From NCBI GenBank assembly GCA_963727485.1, contig CAVSGM010000001.1, positions 128,001-192,000 on the forward strand: 64,000 bases of DNA, read 5' to 3'. Position 1 is the first letter of the stretch; every line of letters begins with the position of its first letter. This stretch comes from an uncultured delta proteobacterium (GTDB lineage Bacteria; Myxococcota; Myxococcia; SLRQ01). A program made the translations under genes and the position numbers. Below the pieces are notes generated by a model. That model saw only the letters and a program-made list of their open reading frames with translations, was not told the DNA's origin and made no database searches. Positions 1 through 9,980 of the stretch are shown one piece after another.

Positions 1-29
1 CCCGGGCGCGTGGAAACGGAGCGAGCGGC

Positions 30-1430
30 GTGATGAAAAGGACAGCACGATTTTCCAGGGTCGGTGTCTTCTGTCTCACGATGCTTCTCGCCGGACCGGC
101 GGCAGCCCAGTCGGTCCCGGGGGGCACCACCGCGGCGTCGGGCGGCGGGGGCACCACCGGGACCGCTGAGGCGAATGCCTACGCCAAGGGGGCCAAGCTC
201 ACCCTCGAGCAGTGCCTCAAGGCGGCCCTCGCGGGCTCCCGGCAGCTCAAGACCGCCGACCAGCGCCTGCGCAAGGCGGCGGTGGACATCAAGCAGGCCT
301 GGACCGCCTTCCAGCCCCGGGCGAGCATCAGCGGCACCCTGACCCGGAACTACAAGGAGGTCAGCTTCGGCACCACGGTGATCACGCCCCTGTGGCAGAC
401 CAACGCCGGGGCCAACGTCACCTGGAACCTCTTCGACGGCCGGGCCATCCCCGGGCTCCAGGCGGTCTACGCCCTCCACCGGGCCCAGGACCTCACCAAC
501 CAGCAGCTGCGCACCGACGTCCTCTACGGGGTGGCCACGTCCTTCTACAGCGCCAGCGCCCTGGTGGAGAACGTGCAGGTCGCCCGGCGCCAGGTCCACG
601 ACAACAAGAGCCACCTCACCGCCACCCAGGCCAAGTACAAGGTGGGCGAGGTGAGCAAGGTCGACCTGCTCCGGGCGGAGATCGACGTCCAGACCGCCGA
701 GGAGGATCTCACCGCCGCCGAGGCGGGGCTGGCCTCGGCGAAGCTGGCCCTCGCCACCCTCATCGGCCGCCCCGCGGACGCCGGCGACTTCGAGCTGGTG
801 CCCCCCAAGACCCCGGACCTGAACACCCCGGAGGCCCAGGCCGCGGTGAAGAAGGCCCTGGCCGATCGCCCCGACCTCGAGGCCGCCGCCCTCCAGCTCG
901 ACGCGGCCAAGCAGCAGGTCACCGCCGCCTGGCTGGAGTTCCTCCCCACCCTGGGGCTCAACTGGCGGGGGGCCCTCAACCAGAAGGTCACCACCTTCAA
1001 CCCCGACCGCTTCACCTGGCAGGCCGCGCTCACCCTGACCATCCCGATCTATGACGGCGGGCAGCGCTACGTGGACATCCAGAACGCCGAGATCCAGGCC
1101 TCCGAGGCCAGGCTGTCCCGGGACGACCTCTCCGACGAGATCCGCAAGCAGGTCCTCCAGGCCCGCCTCGACATGCGCACCTCCGCCGCCAACCTCCAGA
1201 AGGCCCAGGCCACCGCCAAGCTCTCCAACGAGAACGCCGACCTGGTCCAGGCCCGCTTCGACGCCGGGCTGGCCACCTCCCTGGACGTCACCGACGCCAG
1301 CACCCAGCGCTTCCAGTCGAACGTCGACGTCATCCGCCAGCGGCTCAACCTCGACGTCTCGATGCTGGCGCTGGCCCGGTCCATGGGAATCTTCGACAAG
1401 GTCGCCGGGGTTCCCGGAGCGGGAGACTGA
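30..1430 (+). CDS. tolC: TolC-family outer membrane efflux protein
   Basis: Signal peptide (...AAAQ), 'LTLEQCLKAAL', two OEP-like repeats with 'WNLFDG' and 'IPIYDGG', 'ARFDAGLATSLDV'; start may be ATG 33. Confidence 0.9.
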   Translation: MMKRTARFSRVGVFCLTMLLAGPAAAQSVPGGTTAASGGGGTTGTAEANAYAKGAKLTLEQCLKAALAGSRQLKTADQRLRKAAVDIKQAWTAFQPRASISGTLTRNYKEVSFGTTVITPLWQTNAGANVTWNLFDGRAIPGLQAVYALHRAQDLTNQQLRTDVLYGVATSFYSASALVENVQVARRQVHDNKSHLTATQAKYKVGEVSKVDLLRAEIDVQTAEEDLTAAEAGLASAKLALATLIGRPADAGDFELVPPKTPDLNTPEAQAAVKKALADRPDLEAAALQLDAAKQQVTAAWLEFLPTLGLNWRGALNQKVTTFNPDRFTWQAALTLTIPIYDGGQRYVDIQNAEIQASEARLSRDDLSDEIRKQVLQARLDMRTSAANLQKAQATAKLSNENADLVQARFDAGLATSLDVTDASTQRFQSNVDVIRQRLNLDVSMLALARSMGIFDKVAGVPGAGD

Positions 1431-1437
1431 TCACTCG

Positions 1438-2085
1438 ATGCTGACGCACCTGCTCCTCCAGTTCACCCTCCTCGGCGCCGGGTGGGTCCTCTGGCTCCTC
1501 GCCGCCCTCTCGTTGGTCTCCTTCGCGGTGATGATCGAGCGGGGGATCTACTTCGGGAGCCGGCGGGGCAAGGCCAGCCCCGCCCTCATCGCCGCCCTGC
1601 GCCGGGACGACCGGGACGGGGCCCGCAAGGCCCTGGGCGACAAGCGGGGCCTGGTGGCCGACGTGGTCGAGGCGGGCCTGGAGCACGCCGACGCCGGGCC
1701 CGAGGCGGTCACCGAGGTCATCGCCGGGGAGCTGGCGAGGTCCAAGGCCGGCTACGACCGGGGCCTGGTGATCCTGGGGACCCTGGGGAACAACGCCCCG
1801 TTCATCGGCCTCTTCGGCACGGTGCTCGGGGTCATCCGGGCGTTCGCCGACCTCGCCGCCGCCAGCGGCAAGGGGGGCTCGGCGGTGGTGATGGCCGGGA
1901 TCGCCGACGCGTTGGTGGCCACGGCGGTGGGGCTCTTCGTGGCCCTGCCGGCGGTGGTCGCGTTCAACGCCTACGGCCGCTGGCTCAAGCGGCTCTCCGC
2001 CGACGCCAACGCCGCCGGCCACGCCCTCCTCGCCGGGCTCAAGCGCCGGGACGACGCCGGGGAGCCGGTGCGCAAGGTGGTCTGA
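1438..2085 (+). CDS. exbB: MotA/TolQ/ExbB proton channel protein
   Basis: 'LGTLGNNAPFIGLFGTVLGVIRAF' and 'GIADALVATAVGLFVALPA' motifs; ATG 7 nt after tolC stop. Confidence 0.92.
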   Translation: MLTHLLLQFTLLGAGWVLWLLAALSLVSFAVMIERGIYFGSRRGKASPALIAALRRDDRDGARKALGDKRGLVADVVEAGLEHADAGPEAVTEVIAGELARSKAGYDRGLVILGTLGNNAPFIGLFGTVLGVIRAFADLAAASGKGGSAVVMAGIADALVATAVGLFVALPAVVAFNAYGRWLKRLSADANAAGHALLAGLKRRDDAGEPVRKVV

Positions 2086-2546
2086 TGGCCGGCGGCACCT
2101 TCGACTCCGACGACGACGAGATGATCAGCGGCATCAACGTGACGCCGCTGGTCGACGTCACCCTGGTGCTCCTCATCATCTTCATGGTCACGGCCACCTA
2201 CATCGTGCGGGAGACCATCCAGGTGGACCTCCCGGAGGCGGCCCACGCCGGGGAGACGGTCCAGACCACCCTGACCCTCACCCTCGACCAGGACGGCAAG
2301 CTCTACCTCAACGGCCAGCCCTCGGACGACGCCGACATGAAGCGGACCATCCCGGCGCTCCTCGCCAAGGCCAAGGCCAGCGGGGACAAGCTCCAGGCGA
2401 TCATCTCCGCGGACAAGCGGGTGACCCACGGGGCGGTGGTCCACGTCATCGACGTGGCCAAGGGCCTGGGGGTGAGCCGGTTTGCCATCAACATCCAGAA
2501 GGAGACGGTCCCCGCCGGCGACGCGGCCGGTGCCGGAGGCGGCTGA
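2085..2546 (+). CDS. exbD: ExbD/TolR biopolymer transport protein
   Basis: 'INVTPLVDVTLVLLIIFMV' and 'ISADKRVTHGAVVHVID'; TGATG coupling to exbB. Confidence 0.93.
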   Translation: MAGGTFDSDDDEMISGINVTPLVDVTLVLLIIFMVTATYIVRETIQVDLPEAAHAGETVQTTLTLTLDQDGKLYLNGQPSDDADMKRTIPALLAKAKASGDKLQAIISADKRVTHGAVVHVIDVAKGLGVSRFAINIQKETVPAGDAAGAGGG

Positions 2547-3304
2547 TGACCCGGGCGGGCCGGGCGGTCGCCGGCGTCGCCGGCTCGGTGGCGGTGCATG
2601 GGGGCCTGGTCCTGGCGCTCCTGGTGCTCGCCGCCCACGCGCCGCCGCCGCCGAAGAAGGACCGGGTGGTCGAGCTCACGGTGGTCGCCACCCCGCCGCC
2701 CAAGCCCGTGCCCCCGCCCCCGCCGCCGCCCAAGCCGAAGCCGAGGCGGGTCCAGCCGGCGCGCCTCCACACCCGGCCGCCTCCGCGTCCCCGAAAGGCG
2801 CCGAAGACCCCGCCGCCGCCCCCGCCGTCGAACGCCCCGCCGCCCAAGGACCCTCCGAAGCAGCCGGTGCCGCTCATCACCGGCATCTCCATGAGCTCCA
2901 CGGTGGGCCCGGGTCAGAGCGACATGAAGGTCGGCGTGGGCAACACGGTCTACGGCACCCCGGGGAAGGTCGCCGCGGATCCGTCCAAGGTCCAGGGGTA
3001 CCAGGGGAGCGAGCACTACGTGCCCCCGACCCAGGTGGCGACCCTCCCGGAGGTCGCCCACGAGGTGAAGGCCACCTACCCGCCCGCGGCGCGGCAGGCG
3101 GGGATCGAGGGGCAGGTCCGCCTCAAGCTGCGGATCTCCGCCGAGGGGAAGGTGGTCTCGGTGAAGGTGCTCTCGGGCCTCGGTCACGGCCTCGACGCCG
3201 CGGCGGCCCGGGCGATGAAGCGCTTCCGGTTCAAGCCGGCGACGATGAACGGGGCCGCGGTGAGCACCGACATCATCTACGTCTACACCTTCGTGCTCGA
3301 CTGA
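2546..3304 (+). CDS. tonB: TonB energy transducer
   Basis: N-terminal TM helix with SxxxH (SVAVH), Pro/Lys-rich linker, TonB_C 'YPPAARQAGIEGQVRLKLRISAEGKV...FKPA'. Confidence 0.92.
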   Translation: MTRAGRAVAGVAGSVAVHGGLVLALLVLAAHAPPPPKKDRVVELTVVATPPPKPVPPPPPPPKPKPRRVQPARLHTRPPPRPRKAPKTPPPPPPSNAPPPKDPPKQPVPLITGISMSSTVGPGQSDMKVGVGNTVYGTPGKVAADPSKVQGYQGSEHYVPPTQVATLPEVAHEVKATYPPAARQAGIEGQVRLKLRISAEGKVVSVKVLSGLGHGLDAAAARAMKRFRFKPATMNGAAVSTDIIYVYTFVLD

Positions 3305-3936
3305 TCCGGCGCCGGGGGGTCGCCGTCCGGGGGCGCGGGCCACGGCTCCAGGCGGCGGATGAGCCAGCCGGCGGGCACCGGCTCCAGGTGGTAGCGGTGG
3401 GGGCGCTCGGGGTCGTCCCACCGGCTCTCGCGGACCACCCGGTAGAAGGCGCCCTCGATCTCCAGGGTGGTGGTCTCGTGCCAGTCCCGGGGGGTGCCGG
3501 TGTCGATCTCCAGGCCGGTGTCGGTGCGGACCAAACGGTCGGGGGCGAGGCGCCGGGCGCGGAGGCGGCGGTGGCCGTGGCGGGCGCCGAAGCCCAGGGC
3601 CCAGATCGCCCAGAAGGGCACGCTGCCCACCACGCGGCCGGTGAGCACGCCCCCGAAGCGGAAGGCCCCCTCGAGGCCGACGGCGCCGCAGACCAGCACC
3701 CAGGGATCGCGCAGGCCCTCGAGGGCGTGGACCCCGGCGAGGATGGTCACGTAGAAGAGGACCGCGAAGCCGAGGCCCGCCTCGGCGAGGGAGGTGACCA
3801 CGGCGCCGGGGAGGAGGTGGTGGTCGGGATGGTTGCTCGTGGCCTCGCGCCAGGGGCGGGGGAGCAGGGAGACCACGCAGGCGGTGGGGAGGTAGGCGAG
3901 GCCGTGGGCGACGCGGGCCGGCCGGGGGGCGCGCAT
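3283..3936 (-). CDS. Hypothetical membrane protein
   Basis: Hydrophobic N-half with 3-4 helices, polar C-domain; TACCCT 7 nt before ATG 3936; 22-nt convergent overlap with tonB. Confidence 0.6.
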   Translation of the reverse strand: MRAPRPARVAHGLAYLPTACVVSLLPRPWREATSNHPDHHLLPGAVVTSLAEAGLGFAVLFYVTILAGVHALEGLRDPWVLVCGAVGLEGAFRFGGVLTGRVVGSVPFWAIWALGFGARHGHRRLRARRLAPDRLVRTDTGLEIDTGTPRDWHETTTLEIEGAFYRVVRESRWDDPERPHRYHLEPVPAGWLIRRLEPWPAPPDGDPPAPDQSSTKV

Positions 3937-4004
3937 GGGCTTCAGGGTACCACCCAAGGCAACCTCCGGCGGACTCTGGGTTATGATCCGCCCTTCCGCC
4001 GGCC

Positions 4005-5120
4005 ATGATTCGTCCCCTCGTTCCCCCTTGGCCCTCGCCGCCCTGGCGCTTCTCGGCGCCGCCGGCTGCGCCACCCTCCCCCCGCGGCCCCCGCGCCCGG
4101 CCGACTGGGTGAGCCACCGGGTCTGCGGCCCGGACACCCGGCCGGGCCACGGCGAGCGCTACTGCATCGAGGTGGTGTCGCTGGGGGCGCGGCCGGCCGG
4201 CCCGGTGCGCGGGGTGGCGCTGCTGGTGCCGGGGATGTTCCAGAACGGCCGGGTCTACGACCTGCTGCCCGCCAAGGGCATCTCCTACGCCCGGGAGCTG
4301 GTGCGCCACGGCCTCCGGGTGTTCATCGTCAGCGTCCGGGGCATCGGCCGCTCGGACCTGCCCCCGGGCTCGGACCTCGACGACGTGGTCATCGACGATC
4401 TGCCCCGGGCGATCCACTGGGTCCATGCGCGGACCGGGCAGAAGGTCATCGTCATCGGCCACTCCCAGGGGTCGATGACCCTCCAGGCGTCGCTCGCCGG
4501 GCTGACCCGGTGCCCCGGCGGGCCCTGCTTCGACCGGTCGGTGGCGGCCAGGCGCCAGGCGGAGGTGCGGGCGATGGGCCTCTACGCCGGCAACGTGGCG
4601 CTCACCGGCGTCGATCCCCGGGTCAAGGCGGCGGCCTTCGCCACCGTCGCTCCTCCGGATGCCCCTCGAGCTGTTCGTGGACAAGCTCCCGGCGCGGTCC
4701 ATGGCCATGCGGGGCCCTGGCGACCGTCGGCGCTGTGGCCTTCGACCACCTGCTCTACGAGGCGAAGGACACGCCGCGCGGCGGTGCAGGCGGCCCTGGT
4801 CTCCCGGACCCTCGACGCCACCACCGCGGGCATCGGGCTCCAGCTCACCAGCCGGGGTCCTCGACGGGGACACCGACTCGGCGGGGGTGCCCTGGCGCAC
4901 GGCGCTGAAGAACATCCAGGTGCCGGTGGTGATGGAGACCTTCGGCGACGACGGGCTCTCCAAGCCGCTGGCCACCTGGACCGGCGACTTCCGGTGGATC
5001 GGGTCGAAGCACAAGGTGTTCCTGCGGATGAAGGGCCTGGCCCACGAGGACGTGTTCCTCCGGCGCTCGCTCATCCGCGACCAGTGGATGTTCATCGAGG
5101 ACCTCATCGCCGGCCGGTGA
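4005..5120 (+). CDS. Alpha/beta-hydrolase (lipase/esterase-like) lipoprotein, several frameshifts
   Basis: Lipobox GAAGC, 'VPGMFQNG', 'RGIGRS', nucleophile GHSQG, distal 'LAHED'; frame changes near 4025, 4650, 4780 and 4855; alternative start at 3983. Confidence 0.7.
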
Positions 5121-6401
5121 GGAACCAGGTCTCCATGGGCCCCTTGCCCTTGACGTCGATGGTGCCCCGGGCTTCGAAGGTGAACCGGTCCTTCAGCCGC
5201 GCGTGGACGGCGCGGCTCACCTGGATCCGCCCGGGCGCGCCGTGGGACTCCATGCGGCTGGCGGTGTTCACCGCGTCGCCCCAGAGATCGTAGGCGAACT
5301 TGCGCTGGCCGATGACCCCGGCGACCACCGGCCCGGTGTGCAGGCCGATGCGCAGGGCGATCCGCTCGGGGCCCGGGGGCAGGGCCTCGATGGACTGCAG
5401 CATGTCGAGGGCCATCCGGGCCACCGCTTCCACGTGGTCGGGCCGCGCTTCGGGGACTCCGCAGGCCACCATGTAGGCGTCGCCGATGGTCTTGATCTTC
5501 TCCAGGCCGTGGGTGTCGGCCAGGGCGTCGAAGCAGCTGAACACCGCGTCCAGGAGGGCCACCAGCTCCGGCGCCGGGAGCCGGTCGGCGAGCTCGGTGA
5601 ACCGGACGATGTCGGCGAAGAGGACGGTGGCCTCGGGGAAGCGCTCGGCGATGGACCCGGGGCGGCGCTTGAGCCGCTCGGCGATGGGGGCGGGGAGGAC
5701 GTTGAGGAGCAGCCGCTCCGAGCGGGCGTGCTCGGCCCCCAGCTCGCCCTCGAGCCGGGCATTCTCCCGGAAGGACCAGAAGCCGAAGCCGAGGATGACC
5801 AGGAACAGGCCCACCTGGTCGAGCCGGGAGATGTTCCCCAGGGCCACCGGGTCGACCCCCGCCGGGGCGGCCGGCCGGGCGAGCTCCAGGGCCACCAGCG
5901 AGGCGAGGCTCAGGCCGAGAAGACCCAGGCCCAGCGGCGCTCCTCCGGGGCGAAGACCACCCAGGAGCCGGCCATGATCGGCAGGAGGTAGAGCTGCATC
6001 CCCGAGGCGGTGCCGGAGACCCAGGAGGCGGCCGTCAGCCCGACGAGGGCCGCGCCGCCGAACCAGCACTTCGCCGCCAGGCGCCGCCCGAGGGTGTTGA
6101 GGACCGGGCCGCCGAGGAGCGCCACGCCCTGGGCCGTGGCCACGAGGATGAAGGTGCGGCCGAGGCTCCGCGCCAGGACCGCCATCCCGAAGGAGTAGGC
6201 GGCGACGAAGAGGCTCATCACGTTCACCACCGAGGCGTACTTCCGCTCGCGGGCGGAGGCGCCGGGGCCCGCGCCCAGCCCGGCGATCGAGGCGAGGACC
6301 CGTGCCGCCCGGCCCGCGGAGGGCGCCCGTGACGCCTCCGGGAACGCGGGCATGGCGTCGGCGACGTCGGCTGCCGGGGGATCGAGGGCGCTTCGGGCCA
6401 C
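5104..6401 (-). CDS. Membrane-anchored class III adenylate/guanylate cyclase, frameshift ~5940
   Basis: 'TVLFADIVRFT', 'EKIKTIGDAYM', 'RIGLHTGPVVAGVIG..KFAYDLWGDAVNTASRMES'; multi-TM N-terminus lies in another frame; GTG 6401 preceded by TACACT-N6. Confidence 0.88.
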
Positions 6402-6485
6402 GTTGCCAGTGTAGCCGAGAGTGGGGCGGCGGGGTGGGCCCGGGCGATCGTGGCTCCGCCTGGGGACCGTTCCTAGGCTTCGCCC

Positions 6486-7520
6486 ATGAAGGCCTACCGA
6501 ATGCTGGAGTGGGAGAAGCCCCCGCAGCTCCTGGACGTCCCCATCCCCGAGCCCGACGCCGGGCAGGTGCGCCTCCGGGTGGGCGCCTCGGGCGCCTGCC
6601 ACTCGGACCTCCACCTCATGGACTGGCCCGAGGGGACGGTGGGCTTCAAGCTCCCCTTCACCCTGGGCCACGAGGTCGCCGGCTGGGTCGACAAGCTCGG
6701 ACCCGGTGCCCACGGCTTCGAGGTGGGGGACAAGGTCGCGGTGCACGGGCCCTGGGGCTGCGGGCGCTGCGCCCGGTGCCGCCGCGGCGAGGAGAACTAC
6801 TGCGCCCGGGCGGCTGAGCGCGCTGCGGCCGGGGTGGGCCTCGGCGTCGACGGCGGGATGGCCGAGTACCTGCTGGTGCCCTCGACGCGGCACCTGGTGC
6901 CCATCGGCCGCCTCGACCCCACCGAGGCGGCGCCCCTCACCGACGCCGGGCTGACCAGCTACCACGCGGTGGCGCGCTCCCGGTCGCGGCTGGGGCCCGG
7001 GCAGACCGCGGTGGTCATCGGCGCCGGGGGCCTGGGGCACATGGCCATCCAGATCCTCCGGGCGCTCACCCCGGCGTTCGTGGTGGCCCTCGACCGCGAC
7101 GACCTCCAGCTGGCCCTGGCCCGGGAGGTCGGGGCGCACCTGGCGGTGAACGTGAAGGACGCCGGCGACGACCCGGCGACCACGATCCTCGAGGGGCATC
7201 GGGCGGCGGTGGTCCTGGACTTCGTGGGCTCGAAGGACACCCTGGCGCTCGCGGCGAAGCTGGTGGACACCCTGGGCCACCTGACGATCGTCGGCCTCGG
7301 CGGCGGCACCTTGGAGGTGGGCTTCTTCGCGCTCCCCTACGAGGTGAGCGTCGCCACCACCTACTGGGGGAGCGTGCCCGAGCTGATGGAGGTCATGGCC
7401 CTCGCCGAGAGCGGGCGGATCCAGAGCCACGTGGAGCGCTTCTCCCTGGAGCAGGTGGACGAGGCCTACCGGCGCCTGCGCGAGGGGACGCTCCGGGGCC
7501 GCGCGGTGATCGTGCCCTGA
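6486..7520 (+). CDS. adh: Zn-dependent NAD(P) alcohol dehydrogenase
   Basis: 'ACHSDLH', 'GHEVAG', structural Zn CGRCARC..GEENYC, Rossmann GAGGLG. Confidence 0.93.
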   Translation: MKAYRMLEWEKPPQLLDVPIPEPDAGQVRLRVGASGACHSDLHLMDWPEGTVGFKLPFTLGHEVAGWVDKLGPGAHGFEVGDKVAVHGPWGCGRCARCRRGEENYCARAAERAAAGVGLGVDGGMAEYLLVPSTRHLVPIGRLDPTEAAPLTDAGLTSYHAVARSRSRLGPGQTAVVIGAGGLGHMAIQILRALTPAFVVALDRDDLQLALAREVGAHLAVNVKDAGDDPATTILEGHRAAVVLDFVGSKDTLALAAKLVDTLGHLTIVGLGGGTLEVGFFALPYEVSVATTYWGSVPELMEVMALAESGRIQSHVERFSLEQVDEAYRRLREGTLRGRAVIVP

Positions 7521-7566
7521 CACAAGACCGTCGACGATCCGGGGTACGGAAAGGTAGGATGGCCGG

Positions 7567-9522
7567 ATGCCGTCTACGCCTTTCCCGTCGTTCCGGCCCC
7601 TCCGGCCCGTCTTCCGCGTCCTCCTCGCCTCCGCCCTGGCCCTCGCCGCCGGGTGCGGCAGCAGCGACCCGGGCGTCCACGTCCAGCCCCCGGCGCCGGC
7701 GATCCTCGGCTTCGAGGTGGGCCAGACGCCGATCATCGCCGGCCAGAGCACCACCCTCACCGCCTACTTCACCAACGGCAAGGGCGCCGTGGACGGCGAC
7801 GTGGGATCGGTGGTGAGCGGCAAGCCGGTGACCGTGACCCCGACCGACACCACCACCTACGTCCTCACCGTCGCCGGGGCCGGCGGGTCCACCACCGCCA
7901 CCGCCAAGGTCGAGGTGGTCGCCGGCGCCAGCCTCACCGTCACCCTCGACGGCGCCCTCCCGCCGGCGCCCTCGGTGACCGTCATCGGGCCGAGCGGCGT
8001 GGTCGACACCCTCACCGCCACCAAGACCATCGACGGCCTGCCGGCGGGGAGCTACTCGGTCGAGGCCCCGGTGGTCGCAGACAGTGGCGTGCTCTACCTG
8101 CCGAAGGTCAACGGCGCCCCGGCCCAGCTCGGGACCGGGGGCGCGGCGACCATCGGGATCACCTACGCGGTGAGCGACTCGCCGCCGGTGCTCTCCGCCG
8201 TCGCCGACCAGCTGGTGATGCCCGGGCAGGGCAAGGACGTGCACTTCGCCGTCGCCGACGGGCAGGACCTGGCCACCGACCTCACGGTCACCGTGGCCTC
8301 GGGCGACACCTCGGTGATCCCGAGCTCGGACCTGGCCCTCTCGGGGACCGGCGCCGACCGGACCTTGAGCGTCACCGCCCCCACCACCGCCGGCGCCGCG
8401 CCGGTGACCCTCACCGTCAACGACACCGCCGGGCACGCCACCTCCGAGACCTTCCTGGTGACCATCCCCGCGGTGGTCACCACCCCCGCTGACAGCGGCG
8501 CCGGGAGCCTCCGGGCGGTGGTGGGCGCGGCGGCCACCGGCGAGACCGTGGTCTTCGACCCCAGCGTCACCGGGCAGATCCTCCTCACCTCCGGGGCCAT
8601 CGACGTCTCCCGGGCCGTCACCCTCGTCGGCCCGGGGGCGCGTAAGCTGACCCTGACCACCCAGGACAAAGGCTCGGTCTTCGCCGTCACCGGCGACCTC
8701 GCCGTCAGCGGGCTGACCTTCAGCCACGCGACCCAGGCGATCACCGTCGCCGACGGGGCGCGGCTGGCCGTCACGGACTGCGCCTTCGTGAGCAACACGG
8801 CCGCCAGCGGCGCCGCCATCGTCAGCACCGGGACGGTGGTGGTGCGCCGGAGCCTCTTCGACCGGAACGTGGCCCAGTGCCCGGGCAGCAGCCCCTGCTC
8901 CAACGCCGGGGCGGCGGTGCATCAGCTCGAGGCGAGCGGCGGGGGCCTGGCCTCGAGCTTCACCGCCTCCGACTCGACCTTCACCGGCAACGTGAACAAG
9001 ACCAACGGCGGCTCCGGGGCGGCGCTGGCCCTCGAGGCCGGCAGCGGGCGCCTCACCGGCTGCACCATTGCCGCCAACGACTGCCAGGGGACGAGCTGCG
9101 CCGGGGGCGCGGTCCTGGTGGTCTACGCCGGGGGTACCGCCGGCAGCAAGACCACCCTCGCCTTGAGCCGGACCATCGTCGCCGGGAACACCGGCGGCTC
9201 GCCCGCGGACCTCATCGCCGTCTCCGGGGGCCAGGTCACCGACGGCGGGGACAACGTCCTCGGGCACGTCACCGGCGTCACCGCCGTAGGCTCCGACGCG
9301 GTGGCGGTGAGCGATCCCAAGCTCGCGGCCCGGGCGAACCTCGGCGGGCCCACCGACGTGATGGTGCCGCTGCCCGGGAGCCCGGCCCTGGACCGGGTGC
9401 CGCTCGCCGACCTCGGCGGCGATCTCGTCGACCAGCGCGACGACACCCGGCGCGCCGACGGGGCCCTGGCGAAGTCCGACGCCGGGGCCGTGGACCGGCA
9501 GCAGAGCGATCCGACCCAGTAG
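7567..9522 (+). CDS. Surface lipoprotein paralogue 1 (Ig/cadherin-like domains + Pmp-like beta-helix + choice-of-anchor-Q-like C-terminus)
   Basis: Lipobox LAAGC; 'GTGADRTL'; 'DSGAGSLR'; FxxN/GAAI repeats; 'GGPT...PLPGSPALD...DQR...DAGAVD'. Confidence 0.8.
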   Translation: MPSTPFPSFRPLRPVFRVLLASALALAAGCGSSDPGVHVQPPAPAILGFEVGQTPIIAGQSTTLTAYFTNGKGAVDGDVGSVVSGKPVTVTPTDTTTYVLTVAGAGGSTTATAKVEVVAGASLTVTLDGALPPAPSVTVIGPSGVVDTLTATKTIDGLPAGSYSVEAPVVADSGVLYLPKVNGAPAQLGTGGAATIGITYAVSDSPPVLSAVADQLVMPGQGKDVHFAVADGQDLATDLTVTVASGDTSVIPSSDLALSGTGADRTLSVTAPTTAGAAPVTLTVNDTAGHATSETFLVTIPAVVTTPADSGAGSLRAVVGAAATGETVVFDPSVTGQILLTSGAIDVSRAVTLVGPGARKLTLTTQDKGSVFAVTGDLAVSGLTFSHATQAITVADGARLAVTDCAFVSNTAASGAAIVSTGTVVVRRSLFDRNVAQCPGSSPCSNAGAAVHQLEASGGGLASSFTASDSTFTGNVNKTNGGSGAALALEAGSGRLTGCTIAANDCQGTSCAGGAVLVVYAGGTAGSKTTLALSRTIVAGNTGGSPADLIAVSGGQVTDGGDNVLGHVTGVTAVGSDAVAVSDPKLAARANLGGPTDVMVPLPGSPALDRVPLADLGGDLVDQRDDTRRADGALAKSDAGAVDRQQSDPTQ

Positions 9523-9755
9523 GGGGTGAGCCGGGTGTCCTCGCCGGCCTCCTGCGCGCCCGCCCGGTGACCCGCGGTGGCGTGCCCTGCCGCTTCGACG
9601 CCGGCGGCGCGGGCCGGGTGCGCTGGTCCCTCGGCCTCGACCGCGACGCCCGGGGGCTGGCCTGGGAGGTCCTCCTGGGGGCGGGCGTCACCATCCTCTG
9701 GGCGGAGGTCGATCCCGCCTCGGGCCGGGTCCTCCGCGCATGTCTCCTCTACTGA
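9523..9755 (+). pseudogene. Possible startless gene remnant (PepSY-like C-terminus)
   Basis: Frame reads 'AWEVLLGAGVTILWAEVDPASGRVLRACLLY*' with coding-like codons but has no convincing start. Confidence 0.25.
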
Positions 9756-9980
9756 CGCCGGGCGCCCGGGCGGAGCCGGATGGCGCCCGCAGCGGCGTGA
9801 TGGCCTCCTGGACCGAGCCCGCGCGTCCGGCGGGGCTCCGCGCCCACTCAACCGGCCGGTACCTGGTGCACGGGAACGTCGCCGAGGAGAGCGGGACGTC
9901 CGTCGTCGACGTGACGTCCGTCCCGTTCACCATGCGATCGGCACCGGAGGGGGTTCGGCTCCTTGTGTTAGCCTAGGAAC

